In this document: one piece after another, positions 18,032 to 26,936 of the stretch | How positions within the stretch are numbered: the stretch's first letter is position 1 | Layout: every line of letters begins with the position of its first letter | Source: an uncultured virus (IMG/VR IMGVR_UViG_3300047356_001345) | Lineage: Duplodnaviria; Heunggongvirae; Uroviricota; Caudoviricetes | DNA length: 58,411 nucleotides | Virus record (IMG/VR): IMGVR_UViG_3300047356_001345 | Direction: 5' to 3' (one strand) | Program-made: the position numbers and the translations under genes | Notes under the pieces: generated by a model | The model's input: only the letters and a program-made list of their open reading frames with translations | The model's database searches: none | What the model was told of the DNA's origin: nothing

Positions 18032-19489
18032 TTAAGTCTCCTCAAATAGTTCTCCAAACTTAGTGCTGGCATTTACTGTTTTCTTACCAACATTAAGTCT
18101 TGTACCAATTACTTGCATCCAGAACTTTGAATATTTAGTGATTAGATCTAAACTTTTTTGTCTATCTTTAAGACTAAAAATTTCATCTACAACTTGTTTA
18201 AATTCAATACGTTCAAAACGCTCATCGATTAACATATATGGATATTGTCCTGTATCATAACGTTCATTTGCTCGTTGTGTACTTTCTATATGCGTCCATA
18301 CATTGTGGCCCATTTGTAATGCATAACTAAATGAGTCCCAAGAAGTTTTACCTTCCTTTCCAATTTTATTTACATCGCCTGGTTTGTAATAACAAATATC
18401 ACTTACTTTGCAATGTTTACTAATAGGCGAATCTTCAAACGCTTTTAGTATTCCGTCTGTTTCTACCACATCTTTAAATAATCTACTATCTGTGGCATAC
18501 TTTTTATCATCTGCACCCGGCGCCATCATATAGCTCCACTTACCGCGATCTTCAATACGTATAGTATGATACACTTGTCCATTTGCAGTTGCTAAAAAAG
18601 GGCTTGCACAGTCATATGTAATCATAAAGTTTTTATTATGATACTTACGCACTGCACGTTGAATATCTGTTAGCAACACAGCCCATTCTAATTTACTTGT
18701 ACCCAAGAAGTGCATTACATCGTGTACACCTTCTTCTAATAATCCATCGTGTATTTGATGAACAAGTCTACGCAAAATTAGATCAACATCGCACATATTT
18801 TGTCCACCCATTGCCCATCCATCAAAGTGTGTTTCTGGGTATTTTGCAGGATCACAATAGTCTTTGAATTCTTCATACCAACTGTCTGCATCAGCGTGAT
18901 TGCTGCCTTGCAACACGTTTAGCACTTTGAAGTTGCCACGTCTATTAGCCATATAGTATTTTGCATTAATGTGTGTTGCATCTACAGCATCTTGATAACT
19001 GTGAATGTTTGCTGCTTTTGCTGCTTTAGGATCTTGGAATGTCCAAGTTGGAATATCCAACATCATTCCGTAGTCCATATACTCTTCCATCCAGTTTACA
19101 ACCAGTTCACGCTTTTTGGCAGCTTTTGGACAATTTGGATTAGTCCAGTCGCCTTCCCAAAGTCCTTTAGCAATTTGAAAACCACCAGAGTCGCCTAACA
19201 ACCAACTATTTTCTCTATCTCGGTTTCGCAACATATCTTCTTTTTCAACGTGCTTATTTACATCTAAGTCTGCGTGTCCTGCAGAATAGAGCGCCCATTT
19301 ATAGTGGAACGCTCCTTCTTTAGAGTTCAAAAAGTTAAGACCTTCTACACCATTTAAGCCAGCTGGAACACGATTGTAATCAACGTATTCGCCATAACGT
19401 TGTTTGCCTACAAACGTAGCATAAAAGCCACTTATACTAGGCAAAAATACAGCATAATCATTTTGTGTTTCAGTAAGATTTGTTTTCAT
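18032..19489 (-). CDS. dpdA: TGT-fold DNA 7-deazaguanine transglycosylase (DpdA-like)
   Basis: DSGGFQ, MMLDIP, VLQG, WAMGG, HFLG and YDCASP motifs; clustered with folE and queE. Confidence 0.8.
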   Translation of the reverse strand: MKTNLTETQNDYAVFLPSISGFYATFVGKQRYGEYVDYNRVPAGLNGVEGLNFLNSKEGAFHYKWALYSAGHADLDVNKHVEKEDMLRNRDRENSWLLGDSGGFQIAKGLWEGDWTNPNCPKAAKKRELVVNWMEEYMDYGMMLDIPTWTFQDPKAAKAANIHSYQDAVDATHINAKYYMANRRGNFKVLNVLQGSNHADADSWYEEFKDYCDPAKYPETHFDGWAMGGQNMCDVDLILRRLVHQIHDGLLEEGVHDVMHFLGTSKLEWAVLLTDIQRAVRKYHNKNFMITYDCASPFLATANGQVYHTIRIEDRGKWSYMMAPGADDKKYATDSRLFKDVVETDGILKAFEDSPISKHCKVSDICYYKPGDVNKIGKEGKTSWDSFSYALQMGHNVWTHIESTQRANERYDTGQYPYMLIDERFERIEFKQVVDEIFSLKDRQKSLDLITKYSKFWMQVIGTRLNVGKKTVNASTKFGELFEET

Positions 19490-20217
19490 TATTTTTGTTG
19501 TGCTGGAAGGATATAGTCGTATGTTGCCATACCGCTGTCTACGCTAATCTTCATAGCGCCTTGATCTGTAATACTCATTGTTTTGTCGCCATCTAAATTC
19601 AAAATAGCAAGTGTTTGTGCCACAGGCCAAGCCCAAGTATGTGTTAATGAACCTGTAATGCCGTATTCAAAAGTAAATGTACCTGCGTGTGTAGCTTCGT
19701 CTCCAAAGTAAAAGTTTAAATTACCGTCTTCTGTTTTTACTTGAAATACTGTTTCTTCGCTGTGTGCGCCAGACATAAGTTTCATACGTTCAATTGCTGC
19801 CATATTAGGCTGAATCTCTACGTCATATGTGTTAACTTTAAATTTAACGCTTTTTAGTTTTTCTTCAATGATTGCTTTGTTCATAAAGCGATAATCATTT
19901 TCAAAATCGCCTGCTTTGTTTTCAAAATGAATATGTGTTGGCATAACTTCGCCGTTGCGCTCGGCTTGCACAACTTCAATTTTTGCTTCATCTTTGTACT
20001 CTGGATTCTTTAAATGATAATCCAGTTTGCCTAAATCTGGCATACCAAATGTACCAACAAATTCTCCAACCGGTGAATGTGTTGTTGCAGTCATAATTAC
20101 ACTACGATCATCAGCCATACTATCAATTTGAGTATCGTCTTCTGCTGTAACCTTCAATGTAGTAATAAAACCTAATCTGTGTGTATGACTCACAATGTCT
20201 TGTAGAATATCTTGCAT
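19489..20217 (-). CDS. Probable sliding clamp (gp45-like)
   Basis: 242-aa acidic beta-rich protein ending YDYILPA; a clamp loader and PolB are in the window. Confidence 0.6.
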   Translation of the reverse strand: MQDILQDIVSHTHRLGFITTLKVTAEDDTQIDSMADDRSVIMTATTHSPVGEFVGTFGMPDLGKLDYHLKNPEYKDEAKIEVVQAERNGEVMPTHIHFENKAGDFENDYRFMNKAIIEEKLKSVKFKVNTYDVEIQPNMAAIERMKLMSGAHSEETVFQVKTEDGNLNFYFGDEATHAGTFTFEYGITGSLTHTWAWPVAQTLAILNLDGDKTMSITDQGAMKISVDSGMATYDYILPAQQK

Positions 20218-20238
20218 AGTGTTCTCCTGTATCGTTGT

Positions 20239-20267
20239 ATTATACTAAATTTTGCCTTAGTTGTCAA
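20239..20267 (-). promoter_or_regulatory. Perfect sigma70 promoter TTGACA-N17-TATAAT
   Basis: Exact consensus upstream of the clamp and dpdA genes. Confidence 0.85.
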
Positions 20268-21018
20268 GTAATTGTTTTAGTTTTGTGTTGTAATACACTG
20301 CCGCTGACAGTGTATTTAGATTAATATTTTTTTCTGCTGCCATTTTTAATAGCGCACTTGTGTCTTTGGGAAAGCAATGGCCTCCCCAGCCTCTGATACC
20401 ATCTTCTGGATATACATAGGTATGACTATCAGATATGCGATCATCTGATGCTACTCCTGCTCGGACTTGATTAAAGTTTATATTATGTCCTTCACAGAAA
20501 TCGTATATTTCGTTAAAGAAACTAACTTTAGTTGCTAAAAATGCATTACGAAAATATTTTATTGCAATAGCTTCTTCTGGCTTAACAATAGCTAACTGCA
20601 TCTTAGACCAATTGTAACTATATTGGTCTCTCCAATAATCTGTATCACCACTTAAAATAACACTGTCGAGATGTTTAACATCGTTCATAAAGTTTGCAGC
20701 CCGTAAAAACTCTGGACTAAAACATAATCTATGATTAGGAAATTTTTCCTTTAAACTGTGCCATCCGTCTAAACTTATTGTGCTTTTAATCATTATTGGC
20801 GTATAATCGGGTATTTTAGATACAACATCAAAAACTGCACTCATATCGCAAGTACCATCATCTGCTGGCGGCGTTGGTACACAAATAATAACAGCACTTG
20901 TATTTTCTAAGTCGGCGTGCATATTTTTTGGAGGATCGTATATTAAAATTTCTCGCCTATGACCTGTAAATAATAGTTCGTGTGCTTTGCCTACAAATCC
21001 ATACCCTGCTATAATCAT
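20257..21018 (-). CDS. UDP-glucose/GDP-mannose dehydrogenase-like protein lacking the C-terminal domain
   Basis: GYGFVG, CVPTP, IKST, SPEFLR, KY..NAFLA.K and GGHCFPKD motifs; start at MIIAG. Confidence 0.85.
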   Translation of the reverse strand: MIIAGYGFVGKAHELLFTGHRREILIYDPPKNMHADLENTSAVIICVPTPPADDGTCDMSAVFDVVSKIPDYTPIMIKSTISLDGWHSLKEKFPNHRLCFSPEFLRAANFMNDVKHLDSVILSGDTDYWRDQYSYNWSKMQLAIVKPEEAIAIKYFRNAFLATKVSFFNEIYDFCEGHNINFNQVRAGVASDDRISDSHTYVYPEDGIRGWGGHCFPKDTSALLKMAAEKNINLNTLSAAVYYNTKLKQLLDN

Positions 21019-21728
21019 CCTGCTAACTTTGCCTCCTGAAAGTAACTTAATCTTTCCCACGTGTCTCGCCAATCTTTTACATTAAAACAACGATTTTTGT
21101 CTAGTTTTACTGCAAGCGGCCAATCGTTGCCTCCTGGAGATACTTTATCACCAAAGAAGTAAATTTTATCATCGTTGTTAAAATCATCAAGTATTTGACT
21201 TTTATCTGCGCCTTTATTGTAAATGTCTATTCCAGTTTCCCCACCAACAGTAGCAGTAATATCTGGAAATTTCATATTAATTTCTAGTGAAATACTTTCA
21301 CGTTCTTTGTTTGCTAAATCGTGTTTAATATATAGTTTTCGTTGTTGTAAATTACAATTGCGTCCTATTATACTAAAATTAATAGTTCCTGTGCGTTCTT
21401 CAATATGATTACCAGTACGCAAAGGAAATGGACTTGCCTGCAACCATCCCTCCATAAGATTATATAATTCTTTAGGAGCTGAAAAATTCTTACTATTCAC
21501 ACGTTTGCCCTTGAACCATACATCGTTACCACTACAATTGTAACACGTAACTACCGACTCGGTAATATCTTTTCCTAATTGTTCTACAGTTTTTGCATAA
21601 TCACTTCCGGTAACTAGCCAAACTTTGTTGTGTGCCATAAATGATTTAAAAAACTCTTTAAATTCTGGATCTATTTTTTGTCTACTTGGTGTAAGTGTGC
21701 CATCAACATCGAATATAAATTTATTCAT
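21015..21728 (-). CDS. Eukaryote-type phosphomannomutase (HAD-IIB)
   Basis: FDVDGTLTPSRQ, VTGSD, IE.R...INFS.IGR and FFGDK...GGND motifs. Confidence 0.85.
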   Translation of the reverse strand: MNKFIFDVDGTLTPSRQKIDPEFKEFFKSFMAHNKVWLVTGSDYAKTVEQLGKDITESVVTCYNCSGNDVWFKGKRVNSKNFSAPKELYNLMEGWLQASPFPLRTGNHIEERTGTINFSIIGRNCNLQQRKLYIKHDLANKERESISLEINMKFPDITATVGGETGIDIYNKGADKSQILDDFNNDDKIYFFGDKVSPGGNDWPLAVKLDKNRCFNVKDWRDTWERLSYFQEAKLAG

Positions 21729-22135
21729 CTGTCACATACCCTTCTTCTTAAATCACTTGTGCTAAAACGGTGTTCACGTCTATTAAAGTGTACTTCAATT
21801 CCTCTTGCGGCACAAGTAGCTCTACCAGTAAATTCTTTTTCTCTATATTCTTCGCCTAAGAATCTAACATCTATTTGAAACAGTTCTAGTATGTCTATCA
21901 AGTCTTCCTCTGTTTGATACGGAACAATTTCATCTACAAATTTAAGTCCATTAAGTTGTGCATAACGTTCTACCATTGTTTGTACAGGCTTATTTTTTGT
22001 ATCAGGTCTATCAATTGTAGGATCACTTTGCAGTCCTACAATAAGATAATCGCAATTTGCCTTTGCTTCACGCAACATACCAATATGTCCTGCGTGTAAC
22101 AAATCAAAAGTACTACAAGTAAATCCTACTTTCAT
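21725..22135 (-). CDS. Cytidylyltransferase (TagD-like)
   Basis: TFDLLHAGH, ER..QL...VDE and R...STS motifs. Confidence 0.88.
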   Translation of the reverse strand: MKVGFTCSTFDLLHAGHIGMLREAKANCDYLIVGLQSDPTIDRPDTKNKPVQTMVERYAQLNGLKFVDEIVPYQTEEDLIDILELFQIDVRFLGEEYREKEFTGRATCAARGIEVHFNRREHRFSTSDLRRRVCDR

Positions 22136-22521
22136 TTGTGTCTCTTTCCGTCAAATACACACGTAAACTCTAATGCAGTGTCGCTTGTGTTATGTACTCT
22201 ATGAAATACATTATCGTGTATTAATACAGTACTGCCAGCTTTTACTTTGATGTCATCGCCATCAAGTGACATTTTGCCTTCACCCTTTGTAAAGATATAT
22301 ACTTCTTCTTGGCCGGCGTGCATATGTCCTGTTGTACTTTGTTTTGCATTTAACCTAGTAGTGCTTACTACTAAGTTGGTAAGTTCAGTGTTGTCTACTA
22401 CACGATATCTTTTGTCATCTTTAATAATGTCGCCAGCAATTTGGAAATTATCACCTGCTTTTAATCGTGACTTATATCGTCGTTTGTTGATAGCTTCTGT
22501 AGTCATTTGTATTAATTCCAT
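22132..22521 (-). CDS. Cupin protein (mannose-6-phosphate isomerase-like)
   Basis: HMH...EEVY...G.G and a downstream H-R-V-H-N motif. Confidence 0.82.
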   Translation of the reverse strand: MELIQMTTEAINKRRYKSRLKAGDNFQIAGDIIKDDKRYRVVDNTELTNLVVSTTRLNAKQSTTGHMHAGQEEVYIFTKGEGKMSLDGDDIKVKAGSTVLIHDNVFHRVHNTSDTALEFTCVFDGKRHK

Positions 22522-25193
22522 TCAAATAAATTATTAAATGTTGTTTTTTGTTTTGTGCTTTCTAAATCATATTTCAACACGCCAATCAAGTTGTCTAGTT
22601 TGTTGTCAATAATAACTTCTTCCATTGCATCGCCATCAAATGGCAGTTCCTTGAACCATTCTGGAATACGTAATTCGTCTGTTGGATATGCTACACTTGT
22701 ATACCCCAGTGGATTCTGTTTTAGTTTGCAAACAATAACTTTCATACCATCTACAATCTCTTGTGAATACTTGTCGCCGTTCATACGTTTAAGTGTATTC
22801 CAATTGATACTTGCTCTTACGTGTCCAGGCATATTTGCTTTACCTTGCTTTTCTTCAAGACGTTGATAGTGTCCAATCTTATTTGCACGTTTGGGTGAAC
22901 CTTTTTCAAAACCCGGACGTTCTTTAAACTCACGCCTAAACTCACTAATACTTTCTAATAGATTTTTTTCATCTTCTAGTCCTAATACCCTATCAAGCAA
23001 TGTTTTCAAATAGTCTTGCATAAACACAGGGGTATCACTGCGTTTCAAGTCCAAGCCCATTGCCTTAACTTTACCTAAACTACCTTCTTTGTCTTTTCTA
23101 TCGCCTTCTAAGTCATAAACACGCACTGCATAACGTTTCTTTGTAATAAACAAGCCTGTGTCTGCAACAACTTCTCTTGCTGCTGCAATCACTTCACTGC
23201 GTGGACGTGGACAATGGAAGGCTTCACGCATAAAGTCTGGGAAAGTTGTGTTTGCTTGTTCGCATAATTGATCATACAGCGTAATAACATTGTCTTTGCC
23301 CCACGGAATACTACCTGTAGCAATTTCATCTTTTAATACAGGATATGCACTAAAATAAACAGAATCTGTATCGCCGTATATAATAGCTTTACCGACGTGA
23401 TTATATTCACCGGTAATAATCTTATTCACTTCTGCACTCATATGTTTTGCAATACATCTACCTGTTAGTGTTGTACTCTGTCCGATACGTTTATCAAAAA
23501 ATCTACAACCTGGATTAAGAATAGCACCATACAAACTGTTCAAGTTAATCTTTTTAACAAGTTGTCTTTTATCCCAAAACGCTATTTCTGTGCTATTGTT
23601 TGCATCAATGGCTTTGCGCATTTTTGCTTGTAGTTCTTTACGTTCAGCATACCAACGTTTTAGTAACCCTGGAACAACACCTTCAACTTCTGTAGTAAAA
23701 ATTGTACCATTAGCACTAAGCATCCAAGGTTGATTACTGTCAAAAATTAGTTTCCAAATCTCTGCACCACTTAGTACGTGACTGGTGCCATCTTCCAAGT
23801 CCAAGTGCAACGATACATCTTTGCGTTGTTCCATTACAGCATCATATTCTAGCGTAGCAAACTTGCCTTCCCAAGCACCTGCAAAACTTTTCTTTTCTAG
23901 TGTAGTTGCATTGTGCAAAAACTCATCTGTTAATACTGGACGAATCTGTCCTACAATAGTTTCCGGCGCCATATTCAATGCACGAATAATACTTGGATAC
24001 AGACTGTTTAAGTCCATTGAACCAATCCACTCGTGTACGCCTTTTTTTGGAAATGCAACATAAGCGCCTGCTGCTGCTGTGTTGCCTTCGTGATTCATTC
24101 TGTTAGGCACCTGCATACCACGCCTGTGTGCTTCGTTAACAATAGCTTGCTCTGTAACTGCAACTGCACCTGCTGTTGTTTGTAATAGCACTGTGTTGTC
24201 GTGCGCAATTTCATTTGCAAGATCAATAAAACGTAGTTTCTTATCAAGTTTGTCTAGCAGTGCAACGTCTTGTCTGTTGTATTCAATAAACTTTTCAAAG
24301 TCGTTGTTGTAAAGCTGATCAAGTGTGCCTTCATACACAGTCTTGTTCTCGCCTACTTCCATTTCACCAATAGCGTCTAGTCTATATGTGTGACGTTCTT
24401 CATATGTGTACTTGCGATACAAGTTAAGATAGTCCATATGTACTCTTCCGATAGTATCATACGTTTCACTTGTCTTGCCAAACTTTTCATATTCTCTACG
24501 CTTAGGCAACTGCCCCCATAAACAGAAACGTCTGGTATCATCTTTGCTTAATACACGTTGTATTCTATTAACAGTGTATGGAACGTCATAGCCTTCGCTG
24601 TTCCAACCACTATGAATATCAGCATCCTCAATTAGGTCAAGAAATGCTTCCAGCATATCTCCTTCACCTTGTTTGCTATTCGGATATAATATACAAGTAT
24701 CGCCCCAGCGTTCTTTACACATTGCCCTTGCTTCTTCAATTGGCAACCCTTTGGGAGGCATAGCAACTGTAATTAACATATCTAACCATTGCAAATGTAC
24801 TGTAATAGCAGTAATAGGCATAAATGGATCTTCAACTGGAGCAAATCCACGTTCTGGATCAAAGTCAGTTTCAATATCCCAAAACGCCACATTCAACTTT
24901 GGTGCATCTTGGTTCAAGTAATTTTCACTTAAACATTGAAATATAGGATTTACATCCGATTCAAACATATTCTTGCCTTTATTAATAGCAAGTTCTTTTC
25001 GAAAGTCTTTTGTGTTTTTACATACTACACGTTGTAACGGATCACCGAAGATGCTTTTGTATTTGCCACGTGGATCTTCATAGTACCAAGTGTATTTGGC
25101 TTGATATTCATTATAAAGTCGCTTTCCGTCTTTGCGTTCTACTGCACGAATAATATCAGCGTCTCTATCAAAAAATGCATCTACATATGGCAT
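22512..25193 (-). CDS. Family B DNA polymerase (gp43-like)
   Basis: Exo motifs DIET, GWNSEGYD and YNRQD; Pol motifs DLNSLYPS, KINLNSLYG, YGDTDS and KKRY. Confidence 0.96.
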   Translation of the reverse strand: MPYVDAFFDRDADIIRAVERKDGKRLYNEYQAKYTWYYEDPRGKYKSIFGDPLQRVVCKNTKDFRKELAINKGKNMFESDVNPIFQCLSENYLNQDAPKLNVAFWDIETDFDPERGFAPVEDPFMPITAITVHLQWLDMLITVAMPPKGLPIEEARAMCKERWGDTCILYPNSKQGEGDMLEAFLDLIEDADIHSGWNSEGYDVPYTVNRIQRVLSKDDTRRFCLWGQLPKRREYEKFGKTSETYDTIGRVHMDYLNLYRKYTYEERHTYRLDAIGEMEVGENKTVYEGTLDQLYNNDFEKFIEYNRQDVALLDKLDKKLRFIDLANEIAHDNTVLLQTTAGAVAVTEQAIVNEAHRRGMQVPNRMNHEGNTAAAGAYVAFPKKGVHEWIGSMDLNSLYPSIIRALNMAPETIVGQIRPVLTDEFLHNATTLEKKSFAGAWEGKFATLEYDAVMEQRKDVSLHLDLEDGTSHVLSGAEIWKLIFDSNQPWMLSANGTIFTTEVEGVVPGLLKRWYAERKELQAKMRKAIDANNSTEIAFWDKRQLVKKINLNSLYGAILNPGCRFFDKRIGQSTTLTGRCIAKHMSAEVNKIITGEYNHVGKAIIYGDTDSVYFSAYPVLKDEIATGSIPWGKDNVITLYDQLCEQANTTFPDFMREAFHCPRPRSEVIAAAREVVADTGLFITKKRYAVRVYDLEGDRKDKEGSLGKVKAMGLDLKRSDTPVFMQDYLKTLLDRVLGLEDEKNLLESISEFRREFKERPGFEKGSPKRANKIGHYQRLEEKQGKANMPGHVRASINWNTLKRMNGDKYSQEIVDGMKVIVCKLKQNPLGYTSVAYPTDELRIPEWFKELPFDGDAMEEVIIDNKLDNLIGVLKYDLESTKQKTTFNNLFEWN

Positions 25194-25213
25194 TTATATT
25201 CCTTTTTTTTATA

Positions 25214-25492
25214 TTATAGCACAAAGAGCTGTACAAGAGCAATCGAATTCATTACAACAAACCAAGCACATAATACAATGGCAAATCCTGCTTTGCGAAT
25301 TATTGTACTAACCACACCAAGTATGCTACCTACTAGATACAACGGAATAAAAATCTTTGTTGCAGGATCTAATACTGTTACTGTAAGAATTGCACTCGCA
25401 GAAACTAGCAATATAGTTTCAACTAGTTCGCAATAGAATGCAACGGGAGAAAGTCTATAGCTTTCTTTAAAGAAGTTTATTATTTTATTCAT
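25214..25492 (-). CDS. Small membrane protein (about 3 TM)
   Basis: Hydrophobic 92-aa ORF. Confidence 0.7.
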   Translation of the reverse strand: MNKIINFFKESYRLSPVAFYCELVETILLVSASAILTVTVLDPATKIFIPLYLVGSILGVVSTIIRKAGFAIVLCAWFVVMNSIALVQLFVL

Positions 25493-25751
25493 TTTTATCG
25501 TAACCTGTAGTAGCTACGATTGTTTCCAGATCTTCAAATTCATCTGATACTCTACTCCAGTCACGCTTTTGTGCAACTTTTATTGCTTTATTAATAAGAC
25601 TTGGCTTTACATCTAGTTCTTCTGCAACTGCTTTAACAGTTTCTTTTAGTCCGCCCTGCAGATCTTCAATTTCTTGTAATACAGTTACGCCTTCTTTTAC
25701 CAGGCGTTCTAACTTGGCCTTTTCTTCAGGGCCATACACACGGTCACTCAT
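25485..25751 (-). CDS. DsbA-like (T4) dsDNA-binding protein
   Basis: 88-aa helical protein (L...VKEG...EI...K...EE...P..INK) next to PolB. Confidence 0.65.
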   Translation of the reverse strand: MSDRVYGPEEKAKLERLVKEGVTVLQEIEDLQGGLKETVKAVAEELDVKPSLINKAIKVAQKRDWSRVSDEFEDLETIVATTGYDKNE

Positions 25752-25776
25752 ATAGTACTCCTTAGTTATTTGTTTT

Positions 25777-25805
25777 ATAATAATAGAATATTGTCAAAAT
25801 GTCAA
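25777..25805 (-). promoter_or_regulatory. Sigma70-type promoter TTGACA-N17-TATTAT
   Basis: Read directly; upstream of the dsbA-like and polB genes. Confidence 0.65.
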
Positions 25806-26248
25806 GCTTTAAATGACCCGTCTACGTGTTTATCTATATGCGCCAATATTTCATATCCTACAATTTCTGCTTTATATTCTTGGTGGTCACCTAAGTAAAG
25901 ATACTTATATCCTTGTGACTTCATCCAAGCAGGAACGTGGTGACTAAAACGCCAACCAATACGCTTCCAAGGTTGTTCATAATTCCAAGCAAATTGTTGA
26001 CTAAATCCTACTTTATCATTTGGATAGAGCAGTGTCTGCTCCCAAGCAATAAGTTTGTTATTTTCATACAAACAATTCCAAGCATAAAGATCGATATCAT
26101 CTTGATATAAAGGATGTACACTTTCGAAATTTTTGTGTTTACAATATGTTACAAATACTTCTGAGGCTTCTTTTAGTGTAGGTCTTACAGATACAATATC
26201 CGGATCTAACTCATAGTCTATTTTAGATAAATCTATTCTACCGTACAT
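25802..26248 (-). CDS. Ate/Bpt C-terminal-like GNAT-fold aminoacyl transferase
   Basis: AWNY..P..RIG......W.K..GYKYLYLG....YK resembles the arginyl-tRNA-protein transferase C-domain. Confidence 0.5.
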   Translation of the reverse strand: MYGRIDLSKIDYELDPDIVSVRPTLKEASEVFVTYCKHKNFESVHPLYQDDIDLYAWNCLYENNKLIAWEQTLLYPNDKVGFSQQFAWNYEQPWKRIGWRFSHHVPAWMKSQGYKYLYLGDHQEYKAEIVGYEILAHIDKHVDGSFKA

Positions 26249-26936
26249 AATACCCTAATCTTTGTTCTTTGAAATATGGCTCGATATCTTCGTACCAATC
26301 TTCGTAAGGATTATCTATCCATTGATATCCTTCGGTTACAAGCGATTCTTTATAACTTGTTGATGTATCTTGCCATATAGGTATATATTCATTCCATCTA
26401 TCTTCTGATGTTCCATCTGGATTACCGCTAGGTCTAAAATGTAATTCTATAGGATTATTTTCTTTGTATTCTACATTTATTATAGGTATATCTATTGCTG
26501 CTAACGGTTCTGGTAGTACAGGTATACTATCACTTTTTTTCCATCTTGTAAACTTAATTACATTTGATTTATCATTCCAGCCTTGCCAATTATGCAAACA
26601 TTTCCATTCATTGTCTTCTTTATAATATGTTGTTGAAAAATGTCTACCTTCAAAATACTCGCACCAAAAATATCCTGGAGGTACACTTGAAATATCACCC
26701 TTTTCTAAAACCTTTATTGTCGTACAAATACCCATTCCGCCTAAGTTATATATTGGTCTAATTACATATTCTTTTGTTGCTGGAATTTCTGTAGCACCTG
26801 GACCACAACTGTAGCCCATTGTTTCGGCTAGGTATAATTTGTTCCACCACTTATGTAAGTGTGGAAGTTTTTTGTAAAGTTCTCGTTCTTCTAAATCGTA
26901 AACATCAATAGTTTTTTTTAATTGAATTCTTCCCAT
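26238..26936 (-). CDS. ATP-grasp-like protein
   Basis: NKL, VIRP..NL.GMG, WCEYFEG, INVE and IELHFR appear in ATP-grasp motif order. Confidence 0.55.
   Translation of the reverse strand: MGRIQLKKTIDVYDLEERELYKKLPHLHKWWNKLYLAETMGYSCGPGATEIPATKEYVIRPIYNLGGMGICTTIKVLEKGDISSVPPGYFWCEYFEGRHFSTTYYKEDNEWKCLHNWQGWNDKSNVIKFTRWKKSDSIPVLPEPLAAIDIPIINVEYKENNPIELHFRPSGNPDGTSEDRWNEYIPIWQDTSTSYKESLVTEGYQWIDNPYEDWYEDIEPYFKEQRLGYYVR

Noticed and set aside
18032..19489. Canonical tRNA-guanine transglycosylase (tgt)
   Set aside because: It lacks the CxCxxC Zn motif, is divergent, and its replication/que context favours DpdA. A tRNA target is not formally excluded.
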